DNA of 64,000 bases. Source: a virus (lineage: Duplodnaviria > Caudoviricetes). The notes under the pieces were generated by a model, which was given only the letters and a program-made list of their open reading frames with translations, was not told where the DNA came from and searched no databases. The number at the start of each line of letters is the position of its first letter. Within the stretch, counting starts at the first letter, position 1. This document shows, piece by piece, positions 1 to 7,573 of this stretch. The DNA is taken from the IMG/VR virus record IMGVR_UViG_3300032247_001693, positions 23,996-87,995 of that record. One strand, written 5' to 3'. The position numbers were made by a program, and so were the translations under genes.

Positions 1-87
1 TTAGCACCATACTAGTATGTGATGCTCCTTGAATGATCTTCCCGTCAGGTGTTCGCCTGAAACCATCAATTTCTTGAGAGATAGTAT

Positions 88-291
88 TCATGATACTTCC
101 CTAACTAGGTGAGTGTTCCTTATTTTAGAACGTAATTCTCTAGCCATTACGATTTCATTTTCTAACTTTTTAAGATAATCATCATTAGAATGTGAAAGAC
201 TATTAACATAATCCCTCTTTGTCGCAAAAATAAATTGACTAAGAACATTAGCTAACAAATCTTTTTCTTCTGCTAAAATATCCAAAATCAT
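88..291 (-). CDS. hypothetical protein (start moved to the ATG after an AAGGA RBS; the longer ORF runs into the tRNA)
   Basis: ORF track plus RBS. Confidence 0.6.
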   Translation of the reverse strand: MILDILAEEKDLLANVLSQFIFATKRDYVNSLSHSNDDYLKKLENEIVMARELRSKIRNTHLVREVS

Positions 292-315
292 TTCAAATTC
301 CTTTAAAAAAATAAG

Positions 316-391
316 TAGGGGAGGCGGGATTCGCACCCGCGATCTCTAGCTTATGAGGCTAGCGAGGACAACTAGACTCCTCTACTCCCCG
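316..391 (-). tRNA. tRNA-Met(CAT), initiator-like
   Basis: Cloverleaf read by hand; C1:T72 mismatch, A11:T24 pair, anticodon loop CTCATAA; no encoded CCA. Confidence 0.9.
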
Positions 392-412
392 TCAGTGAAA
401 TTTTAAACTTAG

Positions 413-486
413 TGGAACCTCTGGGGATCGAACCCAGAACCCTCGGATTAAAAGTCCGATGCTCTAACCAGTTGAGCTAAGGTTCC
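413..486 (-). tRNA. tRNA-Lys(TTT)
   Basis: Acceptor GGAACCT/AGGTTCC, loop CTTTTAA, T-loop TTCGATC. Confidence 0.95.
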
Positions 487-494
487 TCCCTATA

Positions 495-523
495 ATTCTA
501 TCACAATCAACACACTCTGTCAA
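495..523 (-). promoter_or_regulatory. sigma70-type promoter for tRNA-Lys/Met
   Basis: TTGACA-N17-TAGAAT. Confidence 0.75.
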
Positions 524-528
524 TCCTA

Positions 529-783
529 TCAGTCAACAATTTTTTGAAAATCATCAACCGTAACCGTAAAACCTTCTCTCTCCAATACAACCCCTTCAGA
601 TGGTTCTACGGTATTTCCAAAGATAATTTCAAAAACTTTATATGGTTCAGACCAATAGTTCTCGTGGCTATTGCAGTCAGTATCTGCGTAATTATCTCCG
701 TCTTCAACAGACATAAATCCATCGTACTGTTCAATCAAACATCTCAAATCTTCCAAAAAGTTTTCTTTTGTCAACTCACTCAT
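529..783 (-). CDS. hypothetical protein
   Basis: ORF with GAGGAG RBS, downstream of promoter. Confidence 0.7.
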   Translation of the reverse strand: MSELTKENFLEDLRCLIEQYDGFMSVEDGDNYADTDCNSHENYWSEPYKVFEIIFGNTVEPSEGVVLEREGFTVTVDDFQKIVD

Positions 784-804
784 TCTTATCTCCTCATTCC
801 AATC

Positions 805-846
805 ATTCTACTACAATATTATCGACCTGTCAAGACCAAAACTTTA
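805..846 (-). promoter_or_regulatory. overlapping sigma70 and sigma28-like promoter
   Basis: TTGACA-N17-TAGAAT plus TAAAGTTT-N12-GTCGATAA. Confidence 0.7.
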
Positions 847-850
847 AGAA

Positions 851-900
851 TTCTCGCTGACTACAGCCAACTAGCCAAAACCGACAGGATTAGCAAAAAC
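851..900. repeat. ~48-bp dispersed repeat, copy 1 of 3
   Basis: GCTGACTA..TAGCC..AAACCG..GGATTAGCAAAAAC; similar copies at 10201 and 14460. Confidence 0.7.
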
Positions 901-905
901 AAAAA

Positions 906-978
906 TGACGCTACTGGGAATCGAACCCAGATTGACAGATTGAAAGTCTGCTTTCCTGACCATTTAGAAGATAGCGCC
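906..978 (-). tRNA. tRNA-Glu(TTC)
   Basis: Acceptor GGCGCTA/TAGCGTC, loop CTTTCAA, T-loop TTCGATT. Confidence 0.92.
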
Positions 979-986
979 AAAAAAAG

Positions 987-1057
987 CAAAGGCGGAGGGA
1001 GTCGAACCCTCATCCACGGTTTTGGAGACCGTCATTCTACCGTTGAACTACGCCAAT
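987..1057 (-). tRNA. tRNA-Trp(CCA), acceptor stem with two U-U mismatches
   Basis: Loop CTCCAAA; D and T arms intact; acceptor ATTGGCG/CGCCTTT. Confidence 0.8.
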
Positions 1058-1081
1058 AACATCAGCCTCCGAAGCACTCCT

Positions 1082-1122
1082 ATTATACACAATCTATCGG
1101 TATTGTCAATGCCAATTCTTGA
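1082..1122 (-). promoter_or_regulatory. overlapping sigma70 and sigma28-like promoter (tRNA-Trp/Glu)
   Basis: TTGACA-N16-TATAAT; TCAAG-N16-ACCGATA. Confidence 0.7.
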
Positions 1123-1130
1123 GCTAGTCC

Positions 1131-1208
1131 TAAAGTCTTGAGAAATAAGGACTTACGTCGAGCCGGGGCGCCCGGTCTAGCTCTAAGTCTTTTGTTTTCA
1201 ACACTTTA
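1131..1208. repeat. 78-bp four-arm element, copy 1
   Basis: taaagtctt-gagaaat-aaggactta N28 taagtcttt-tgttttc-aacacttta. Confidence 0.9.
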
Positions 1209-1213
1209 CGTCA

Positions 1214-1286
1214 GGTGGCTAGTGGGATTTGAACCCACAACCTACAGGATCACAACCTATCGCTCTGCCAATTGAGCTATAGCCAC
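1214..1286 (-). tRNA. tRNA-His(GTG)
   Basis: Acceptor GTGGCTA/TAGCCAC, loop TTGTGAT. Confidence 0.92.
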
Positions 1287-1288
1287 AG

Positions 1289-1375
1289 CGGAATATGAAA
1301 GAATCGAACTTTCACCGGTTTTACCCGGCCAATTTTAGCAAAATTGTGCAGCGAACCAGTATCTGCCTATATTCC
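1289..1375 (-). tRNA. tRNA-Ser(GCT)
   Basis: Loop TTGCTAA, long variable arm, acceptor GGAATAT/ATATTCC. Confidence 0.92.
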
Positions 1376-1393
1376 AAATTTTCTATCTATAAG

Positions 1394-1465
1394 CTGTGAG
1401 GGTCAGAGTCGGACTGACATTGACCAAATTAACAGTTTGGGGCATTACCATTATGCTACCTCACA
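1394..1465 (-). tRNA. tRNA-Asn(GTT)
   Basis: Loop CTGTTAA, acceptor TGTGAGG/CCTCACA; atypical T-loop TCCGACT. Confidence 0.88.
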
Positions 1466-1469
1466 ATAA

Positions 1470-1542
1470 ATACCCAGGTAGGATTCAAACCTACAACCTA
1501 GGGAACCAAAATCCCTTGCTCTATCAGTTAAGCTACTGGGTA
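1470..1542 (-). tRNA. tRNA-Gln(TTG)
   Basis: Loop TTTTGGT, acceptor TACCCAG/CTGGGTA. Confidence 0.88.
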
Positions 1543-1545
1543 AAA

Positions 1546-1755
1546 CTACCTATCTCTATGACTTCCACTATCTTTTTTACTTTCTCTCAAATATTTAGAA
1601 GCCTCAATCAACCAATACCCCATCATTTCTAGCTTTTCAGCCTCTTTACCAGTTAGGTAAGATGCTACATGAATAAAGGCATACTCAATTTTACCCTTAG
1701 AAACAATCTCTAAGGTTCCAAATGTTGGATCACTAAATTTTTCTGGTTTATCCAT
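1546..1755 (-). CDS. hypothetical protein
   Basis: ORF with GGAG RBS between tRNAs. Confidence 0.65.
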   Translation of the reverse strand: MDKPEKFSDPTFGTLEIVSKGKIEYAFIHVASYLTGKEAEKLEMMGYWLIEASKYLRESKKDSGSHRDR

Positions 1756-1770
1756 AAAGTCTCCACCTAA

Positions 1771-1843
1771 AGCCGATGATCAGAGTCGAACTGATGACAG
1801 GCAGTTTACAAAACTGCTACTCTACCAACTGAGTTACATCGGC
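1771..1843 (-). tRNA. tRNA-Thr(TGT)
   Basis: Loop TTTGTAA, acceptor GCCGATG/CATCGGC. Confidence 0.92.
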
Positions 1844-1893
1844 AACATACCTATTATAATCAATAACCTTGATCTCGCAAGTATTGTTGACGC

Positions 1894-2250
1894 TCACCGG
1901 AGCGTGTACGGGTTCGTCGTGGACGGGAATCGTGCGATCCGCTCCCGCTCAGGTGCGTATTGTGTCCCATTGGGAGTTCCCAACGCTTCTTGATCTTGAT
2001 TGTAACGTTCTCGTATTTGCGGCGGCTGGTCATACCATTTTCCATCTGTGTAATAGTACCAAATTTTGTCATTATTAGGATCATACGCTACATGGTACAG
2101 GTAATAGCGTACTGATTTTAACTGATGATCGCTCAATTGTTCTGTGGTCATTACCACAGGATGATTTTTTCTATAATCCTTATACTCACCATACACCAAC
2201 ATGCCCAAACCAATCAGGCCCGCCACTAGTTGTACCACATACTGCTTCAT
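1894..2250 (-). CDS. hypothetical protein with N-terminal membrane anchor
   Basis: Hydrophobic N-terminus, AAGGAG RBS. Confidence 0.6.
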   Translation of the reverse strand: MKQYVVQLVAGLIGLGMLVYGEYKDYRKNHPVVMTTEQLSDHQLKSVRYYLYHVAYDPNNDKIWYYYTDGKWYDQPPQIRERYNQDQEALGTPNGTQYAPERERIARFPSTTNPYTLR

Positions 2251-2275
2251 CTGTCAAGTTCTCCTTTAAGATATT

Positions 2276-2302
2276 TATCGGCAGTCTGGGGTGGATTCTT
2301 GA
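2276..2302 (-). promoter_or_regulatory. stand-alone sigma28-like promoter
   Basis: TCAAG-N15-GCCGATAA with no TTGACA in the usual position. Confidence 0.6.
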
Positions 2303-2415
2303 GGAATTGGGTAGTGAAACTCGTAAATTGGGTAGCAAATTGGGTAGTGGGGAGGGGTTTTCCCGAAAGGGCTAGTTTCCGATGACGGAAAATGTGGTTT
2401 TAAGGAAAACTGATG

Positions 2416-2493
2416 TAAGTCTATATGGGTTAAGGGTTTAGAGCGAATCCGGCCCGCCCCGCTCGCCCTAAGTCCTTATGGGACAAGGGTTTG
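2416..2493. repeat. 78-bp element, copy 2
   Basis: taagtctat-atgggtt-aagggttta N28 taagtcctt-atgggac-aagggtttg. Confidence 0.9.
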
Positions 2494-2504
2494 CGGCAAG
2501 TCGG

Positions 2505-2711
2505 CTATTTCCCGCCAACAGGATAGTTATAATTGTATGTATCTAGATCAATTTCTGTATGATCATATTCCTTATAACGTTTACATCTTTGGCAGTAGCA
2601 AGATAATGTGGTAAGGAAAGTACACTCTGTTGGTGTATGATTTGTGGTATTTTCACAATTAGCACACATAAATACATGTCTTACTGCACGATCATCAATT
2701 TGTCGCCACAT
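2505..2711 (-). CDS. small Cys-rich (putative zinc-binding) protein
   Basis: CxxC...CxCxxC. Confidence 0.65.
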   Translation of the reverse strand: MWRQIDDRAVRHVFMCANCENTTNHTPTECTFLTTLSCYCQRCKRYKEYDHTEIDLDTYNYNYPVGGK

Positions 2712-2720
2712 ATTAAACTC

Positions 2721-2951
2721 CTAAGAAATTGTCCATTTAGCTTGTCTTACTACTGCCTCTGTGGGCAACACGATAGTATCGGGTTGGGCTGTTGAATAAT
2801 CTCGAAATCCCCGTTCGTCAAGATAGAAGTTCTCATGAAGAGTATCATCTTTATTACTTTCCCATAGTACATCCGCCGCTGCTTCTAGTGGAGGTTTATC
2901 TGTACTATAGATTAGGTGAAGGGTGCCCGATTGAATGTAATACTTAGCCAT
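2721..2951 (-). CDS. hypothetical protein
   Basis: ORF, GGAG RBS. Confidence 0.7.
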   Translation of the reverse strand: MAKYYIQSGTLHLIYSTDKPPLEAAADVLWESNKDDTLHENFYLDERGFRDYSTAQPDTIVLPTEAVVRQAKWTIS

Positions 2952-3093
2952 TATTCATAATCTCCTCTAGATTGTTAATCAAAAGTTGAATATCTTTAGA
3001 AAAAGCGGGCTCTTGAGCTTGATTCAAATCTCTATACAAAGTTAGAGCATCTAGAATAATAAACATATCATGTTTTTCAATATGGTAGTTCAT
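2944..3093 (-). CDS. 49-aa hypothetical protein (below ORF-track cutoff)
   Basis: Hand translation MNYHIEKHDMF...; overlaps the next start. Confidence 0.55.
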   Translation of the reverse strand: MNYHIEKHDMFIILDALTLYRDLNQAQEPAFSKDIQLLINNLEEIMNNG

Positions 3094-3166
3094 TTTAACC
3101 TTTCAATGGTTGGAAAAAGTCACCCCTCTATGTCAATTTGGTGTATATAAACATAAGGAGATTACT

Positions 3167-3754
3167 ATGAAAAAAACGCCACAAGATCAGATAGATCGTA
3201 ATGTCAAATGGGCCAAAAACAACTCTAATAAGGTTCGTGAATACAAAAGAAAATATAAACAAGAACAAAAAGAATTATTGAAACAATATGTTAAAGAAAC
3301 TAAAGAGCATAATGGTTGTAAAATTTGTGGTTGTATAAATATTAATTGTTTAGATTTTCATCATCGTATTGACTCCAATAAAAAAGATACTATTTGTAAT
3401 CTCGTTAGACATGCTTATTCTTTATCTGTAGTTAAAGAAGAAATCGAAAAATGCGATATAATCTGCTCTAACTGTCATAGGACTCAACACTATACTGGTA
3501 GATATATGAGAAATAAAAAGAATATTAAAATTCATAATCTTAAACAGAGAAGTAAATGTTTACACTGCGGATGTAATAAAGTTGAATGTTTAGATTTTCA
3601 TCACTCATCAGACAAAACAGATGGCATAGGTTCGATGATTAGAGATAAAATGATATCTATAGAACAGTTAGAGACAGAGATAAAGAAATGTATTATACTC
3701 TGCTCTAACTGCCATAGGATACTTCATTCTAATGACAAGGGAAAAGAACATTAG
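3167..3754 (+). CDS. HNH endonuclease-like protein with two tandem HNH/Zn domains
   Basis: Two copies of CxxCG..CLDFHH..K..I...E.xKCxxxCSNCHR.xH; AGGAG RBS before ATG 3167. Confidence 0.85.
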   Translation: MKKTPQDQIDRNVKWAKNNSNKVREYKRKYKQEQKELLKQYVKETKEHNGCKICGCININCLDFHHRIDSNKKDTICNLVRHAYSLSVVKEEIEKCDIICSNCHRTQHYTGRYMRNKKNIKIHNLKQRSKCLHCGCNKVECLDFHHSSDKTDGIGSMIRDKMISIEQLETEIKKCIILCSNCHRILHSNDKGKEH

Positions 3755-4436
3755 GCTTATTTCCATCCAAACACATTTTACAGGCTTGTCCCTCTTTAGT
3801 ACCAGTACAAGTTACAAAATCCCGACCCTTACGAATTTCTGGACATGTTACAAACTTCTCACCGTGTAATACAACCAGTTTTGGTAGTGCTTTTCTCCAG
3901 ATATCAGCCTTAATCTTACTCTTAGGCCGCTTAGGAGCAATCTTTTGGTCACTATCGCACCATGCGAATTTAGTAAATCCCTTACTCTTAGCAAGATTCA
4001 TATCGTGTTCATTATGAATACTAGCAAAGATAGAAAAATACTTACTAAGTGCCACCAGCCTTGAATCATACACATGAGTATAAAACCACATATCGGGTAG
4101 TTCGATACCATCAGAAATAATACTCTCACAGGCCCATGTTACATTCTCTACAAATTCAACGTCAAGTTCCCCATTTTTGTACCAATCCCCACGTTCCATG
4201 AAACGAATACTTTTATCTTTTTTGATAGCGTCAAGTATCATGGCCCGAATACGATTCTTTTCAGTAATCATATTAACAAAACCAGCCACCCGAGCATTTT
4301 TATACTGTCTCTCTGTTGCTTCCGCATAACAGCCATTATCTAGAAATACGCAAGATGATGGACAGGTGTCGCCAACTGGCCTACTAACTACCAGACAATT
4401 CTTACCTAACTTATCGTTACCGTTTGCAACTTTCAT
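3729..4436 (-). CDS. Cys-rich phage protein, GP88-like (possible Fe-S/radical-SAM-related fold)
   Basis: GNxK..SRPVGDTCPxxC.....CYA N-terminus, C-terminal C..C..C..C..H; family from memory only. Confidence 0.55.
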   Translation of the reverse strand: MKVANGNDKLGKNCLVVSRPVGDTCPSSCVFLDNGCYAEATERQYKNARVAGFVNMITEKNRIRAMILDAIKKDKSIRFMERGDWYKNGELDVEFVENVTWACESIISDGIELPDMWFYTHVYDSRLVALSKYFSIFASIHNEHDMNLAKSKGFTKFAWCDSDQKIAPKRPKSKIKADIWRKALPKLVVLHGEKFVTCPEIRKGRDFVTCTGTKEGQACKMCLDGNKPNVLFPCH

Positions 4437-4462
4437 GATCTTTTTCTCCCTTGTGTCCACTG

Positions 4463-4503
4463 ATTATACAGTAGATATCGGCACTGTCAAGGGGGATTCT
4501 TTA
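4463..4503 (-). promoter_or_regulatory. overlapping sigma70 and sigma28-like promoter
   Basis: TTGACA-N16-TATAAT; TAAAG-N16-GCCGATA. Confidence 0.7.
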
Positions 4504-4512
4504 AAAAATCTT

Positions 4513-4528
4513 TGGCATGATATTTGCT
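4513..4528 (+). promoter_or_regulatory. sigma54 -24/-12-like site
   Basis: TGGCAT-GATAT-TTGCT. Confidence 0.6.
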
Positions 4529-4583
4529 AGTGTTAAAATGTGTAAGCTAGGGCCAACATTGTTGGTTTAGCTGGAACTTTACC

Positions 4584-4661
4584 TAAGTCTATATTCTATA
4601 AGGACTTACAACAAACCGGGGCGCCCGCCCTTGAGCTAAGTCTTTTAGCAGCAAGGGTTTA
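4584..4661. repeat. 78-bp element, copy 3
   Basis: taagtctat-attctat-aaggactta N28 taagtcttt-tagcagc-aagggttta. Confidence 0.9.
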
Positions 4662-4671
4662 GGTCATTAGG

Positions 4672-4947
4672 TCAACCACTAGGATAATCGGGCGGAACTG
4701 GTCGGCTAGGCTTTTTTGTTGGCCTATCCATCACTCCATCATCAATCATCCACCACGGAGCAGTCAGCCTATCAATGAAGCCCAAAGATTCATGTTTGAG
4801 GATTACATCTAGCTCTGCTGGATCACCGGGAGAAGAGCAATACTCTCCACAACCAACTCCAATACTGTGACCATAATACCAGATACCCTGACCATCTTCG
4901 GGTTGCTTATCAAAAAAACTGATCCACTGATTTTCAATAGCAGTCAT
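4672..4947 (-). CDS. hypothetical protein
   Basis: ORF; start at GGAG-preceded ATG. Confidence 0.65.
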   Translation of the reverse strand: MTAIENQWISFFDKQPEDGQGIWYYGHSIGVGCGEYCSSPGDPAELDVILKHESLGFIDRLTAPWWMIDDGVMDRPTKKPSRPVPPDYPSG

Positions 4948-5155
4948 AAATATCTCCATCAATTTCGTCAATGCCTAAACTCGCCCCAACACCATAATCC
5001 CCGTCAGCTGTCCTAGCAAGCCGGGACTCAATAAAATCCTGAGCATCTGCTAAATCTTGAAATTTTAGCGGGGCGTCAGGATGAAAAGCGATCCATCCAT
5101 CTTTGCCAATTCGTTCCCCATCATAAGGCCCGCCACAAACAATCACGACAAACAT
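4934..5155 (-). CDS. hypothetical protein
   Basis: ORF, GGGAG RBS, after promoter. Confidence 0.7.
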   Translation of the reverse strand: MFVVIVCGGPYDGERIGKDGWIAFHPDAPLKFQDLADAQDFIESRLARTADGDYGVGASLGIDEIDGDIYDCY

Positions 5156-5178
5156 TTTAGTTTCTCCCTTGTTGTCTC

Positions 5179-5219
5179 ATTCTACATTCTATATCGACAA
5201 TGTCAAGGGGTAGTCTTGA
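5179..5219 (-). promoter_or_regulatory. overlapping sigma70 and sigma28-like promoter
   Basis: TTGACA-N16-TAGAAT; TCAAG-N16-GTCGATA. Confidence 0.7.
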
Positions 5220-5236
5220 AAATTTCAGGATAGGCG

Positions 5237-5314
5237 TAAAGTCTTTAAGAATAAGGACTTAGGAGAAATGGGGCCGCCCGCTCTTGACGTAAGTCTTTAC
5301 GTTCTAAGGCTTTA
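5237..5314. repeat. 78-bp element, copy 4
   Basis: taaagtctt-taagaat-aaggactta N28 taagtcttt-acgttct-aaggcttta. Confidence 0.9.
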
Positions 5315-5359
5315 GGGAAAGTCTCGCATAGGGATTCTATAATAGCTTGTTGCATTTTT

Positions 5360-5596
5360 TCAAGGCTTGTCATATGCAAAGTATCCATGTACTACAATGA
5401 TATTGTCATTTTCATCGAAAAAAGTAAAACTTCCATCTGCCAAACCAACAGCATTCGCTTGATGATGTTTTTGAAACAAACAGTTACCCTCAAGTTTCAT
5501 AAATACAGTTCCACTCTCATTTTCAGTTACGAATATTTCACCGGAATTAATATCTGTGAATTTTTCAACTTCGACTGGTCTTGGTATAATTTTCAT
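5360..5596 (-). CDS. hypothetical protein, probable paralog of 5599-5805
   Basis: Shared F.D/T...G..F...K.E...NA..L/M.DGS...F pattern. Confidence 0.7.
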   Translation of the reverse strand: MKIIPRPVEVEKFTDINSGEIFVTENESGTVFMKLEGNCLFQKHHQANAVGLADGSFTFFDENDNIIVVHGYFAYDKP

Positions 5597-5598
5597 TT

Positions 5599-5805
5599 TT
5601 ACTCCTCTACAAAGATTCCCTCTACAGGAATAACACCATGTGATTGTGTGAAACTATCTTGACTCCCATCTTCCATTCTAATAGCATTCATATTAAAATA
5701 GGTTTCACATTTTACATAAAGTCTATTGCACCATTTAAAAAGATCGCCACACTTAAGTGTATCAAAATTTACTACATGGCGGTACTGTTTATATCTGATT
5801 TTCAT
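5599..5805 (-). CDS. hypothetical protein, probable paralog of 5360-5596
   Basis: See above. Confidence 0.7.
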   Translation of the reverse strand: MKIRYKQYRHVVNFDTLKCGDLFKWCNRLYVKCETYFNMNAIRMEDGSQDSFTQSHGVIPVEGIFVEE

Positions 5806-5933
5806 TAGTTAGTTACCTCGATTTGCCACTTGTTATTAACGGATTCCACCACGATCACATTCATATTCAGTTTAACCAGTTCTGCCACAATCTTTGCCAA
5901 ACTCTCAACATCATTCATATTCAGATAGATCAT
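5805..5933 (-). CDS. 42-aa hypothetical protein
   Basis: Hand translation; TAATG stop/start coupling at both ends. Confidence 0.55.
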   Translation of the reverse strand: MIYLNMNDVESLAKIVAELVKLNMNVIVVESVNNKWQIEVTN

Positions 5934-6097
5934 TACGTCCTCATAGATATATTCATCCAAGCTTCGATCACCTCAGACACCGTTATACCATACTCCTTCG
6001 CTAAAGTCAAGACCTCATCTGTACGAGGCTTGCAAACAGCGGCCATAGGACTTTTCAAAACTTTCAAAATCTTAACTATTGCTTCGTCTTTAGTCAT
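5933..6097 (-). CDS. 54-aa hypothetical protein
   Basis: Hand translation MTKDEAIVKI...; coupled to downstream ORF. Confidence 0.55.
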   Translation of the reverse strand: MTKDEAIVKILKVLKSPMAAVCKPRTDEVLTLAKEYGITVSEVIEAWMNISMRT

Positions 6098-6395
6098 AAG
6101 TCACCCCTATATGAAAACCAGCGAATCTTTTACGTTCCGATTCTATAGTCCACACCACCGATTTGCTTTGTTTCCCTCGGCTTTGGAATAAGTGTGGAAA
6201 CCGCCCACGACATTAGCCTTAGAGAATGATCTTTTCTCCTTGCTTATGCTATTATTTAACGGTTACTGGTTGTATTATAATGGCAGAGTTTTTAGCCTAT
6301 CGCTGGTTTGATGTTATCTCCCCATATCAATTAAGACAAGGATGGGAAGGGCGAACTCTTTTAATCCTAACCTATTATCTAGAAACCATTGTATT

Positions 6396-6524
6396 GTGGT
6401 GGCTGGGAATCAAACCCAGTAGATTGGCATTACTATCCGACGTTAGCCCCGTCAGAAGCGTGCCATCTCAATAAGGCATAGCTTGTCGTATGGGCTATCC
6501 CAATCTAATCATCAGACCCACCAT
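6396..6524 (-). ncRNA. candidate tRNA-like structured RNA
   Basis: Terminal stem TGGTGG/CCACCA, T-arm CTGGG-TTTGATT-CCCAG, 8-bp stem TAGATTGG/CCAATCTA enclosing three hairpins; no ORF. Confidence 0.55.
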
Positions 6525-6533
6525 TGTTGTATT

Positions 6534-6680
6534 GTGAAGGCGGATGGATTCGTCTTGAGCTATCATTGAACTTCCTACAGTTCTCGGCTCGCAACTTGAC
6601 CATCTACATAACTTACCTGCTTATCCGCGTAGGGGCAGATGCTATCGGTGAGTTGCTCCGTGCAACCTTGCAACCTTCAT
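6534..6680 (-). ncRNA. candidate structured RNA starting at the predicted TSS
   Basis: Terminal stem TGAAGG/CCTTCA, internal hairpins, 5' end 7 nt from the -10 box. Confidence 0.5.
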
Positions 6681-6686
6681 GCTATC

Positions 6687-6714
6687 ATTATACTCTTTTT
6701 ATCGACCATGTCAA
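6687..6714 (-). promoter_or_regulatory. sigma70-type promoter with internal GTCGATA
   Basis: TTGACA-N16-TATAAT. Confidence 0.75.
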
Positions 6715-6754
6715 CCCCACAGCTAGAGAAAATCTAAAAATTTTGAGAATGCTC

Positions 6755-6832
6755 TAAGTGGTTATTCTGTAAGGACTTACGGCGATCCGGGGCGCCCGCC
6801 CTATCCCTAAGTTCTTTAAGGATAAGGACTTA
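6755..6832. repeat. 78-bp element, copy 5
   Basis: taagtggtt-attctgt-aaggactta N28 taagttctt-taaggat-aaggactta. Confidence 0.9.
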
Positions 6833-6835
6833 CGA

Positions 6836-7015
6836 CTAGTAGTCTTCGGCCTCAATAAACTCATCACATTCATAATTAGAGTTGGATAGAACTTCCGGGC
6901 GATATTTGCTCAACACTTTATCAGCACATTTCCCACAAACTCTAGCAAGGGGAATTCCACGGGCATCAGTTTCCCACCAACTACTCTCACCAGACCCACA
7001 ATTACAAACTTTCAT
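6836..7015 (-). CDS. 59-aa Cys-containing protein
   Basis: Hand translation MKVCNCGSG..DARGIPLARVCGKC; stop 3 bp from element 5. Confidence 0.65.
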   Translation of the reverse strand: MKVCNCGSGESSWWETDARGIPLARVCGKCADKVLSKYRPEVLSNSNYECDEFIEAEDY

Positions 7016-7024
7016 GATTTTTCC

Positions 7025-7231
7025 TTAGTTGTTGCTAGGATCAATAGAACACAAACCAGAAACCACATTATCTCTTCGAGCAATTTCCAAAGCACTACAG
7101 AAAAATTCAAAAAAAATCTCCAACTCATTACGAACATCTGGTTCACTACCGGTAGATGCAGCATTGAACAAATTAACTGCAAATTCGGCCACTCTATCAC
7201 GAGCAGCAGTCCGCTCTTCATGCGTCAACAT
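7025..7231 (-). CDS. hypothetical protein
   Basis: ORF, AGGA RBS. Confidence 0.65.
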   Translation of the reverse strand: MLTHEERTAARDRVAEFAVNLFNAASTGSEPDVRNELEIFFEFFCSALEIARRDNVVSGLCSIDPSNN

Positions 7232-7233
7232 AA

Positions 7234-7440
7234 CTACTTCCTATTTGTCAAAGTTTTACGACGGCGAATCTCATCAGCACAATAGCAAATCTCATCTGCA
7301 TAATACCCATGATTGGGGGTATCGGGCCAAACGCTCAAAACCTCACCACAATCCTTGATCACAAAATTCAACTCATCTATAGTCATCTTCTTAACCTTAC
7401 GACTATACATAGCATGATCAAAGATTTTTGTCATCGACAT
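7234..7440 (-). CDS. hypothetical protein
   Basis: ORF; start refined. Confidence 0.6.
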   Translation of the reverse strand: MSMTKIFDHAMYSRKVKKMTIDELNFVIKDCGEVLSVWPDTPNHGYYADEICYCADEIRRRKTLTNRK

Positions 7441-7573
7441 TTTCCACTTTCTCCACATACAAGTTTGAACCGAACAATTTTTGAGCTTTAAATAAAGCCC
7501 CGGCTTCGTGCAAATGCTCCACATATCCCACAAACTTACAATTCTGCACAACTCTCCAGATATATTTACTCAT
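7418..7573 (-). CDS. hypothetical protein
   Basis: ORF; GAGG RBS before ATG 7573. Confidence 0.55.
   Translation of the reverse strand: MSKYIWRVVQNCKFVGYVEHLHEAGALFKAQKLFGSNLYVEKVENVDDKNL

Noticed and set aside
1860-2084. Alternative ORF 1860-2084 (or a 36-aa peptide from ATG 1970)
   Set aside because: Overlaps 1894-2250 in another frame with only a weak RBS; cannot be decided without homology or ribosome data.
2960-3050. Possible degenerate 19th copy of the 78-bp element
   Set aside because: Arms do not fit the 9-7-9 geometry, and the stretch is explained by a 49-aa ORF (2944-3093).
6396-6524. tmRNA
   Set aside because: Only about 130 nt, no G3-U70 alanine determinant, no tag reading frame. 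Kept only as a tRNA-like ncRNA candidate.
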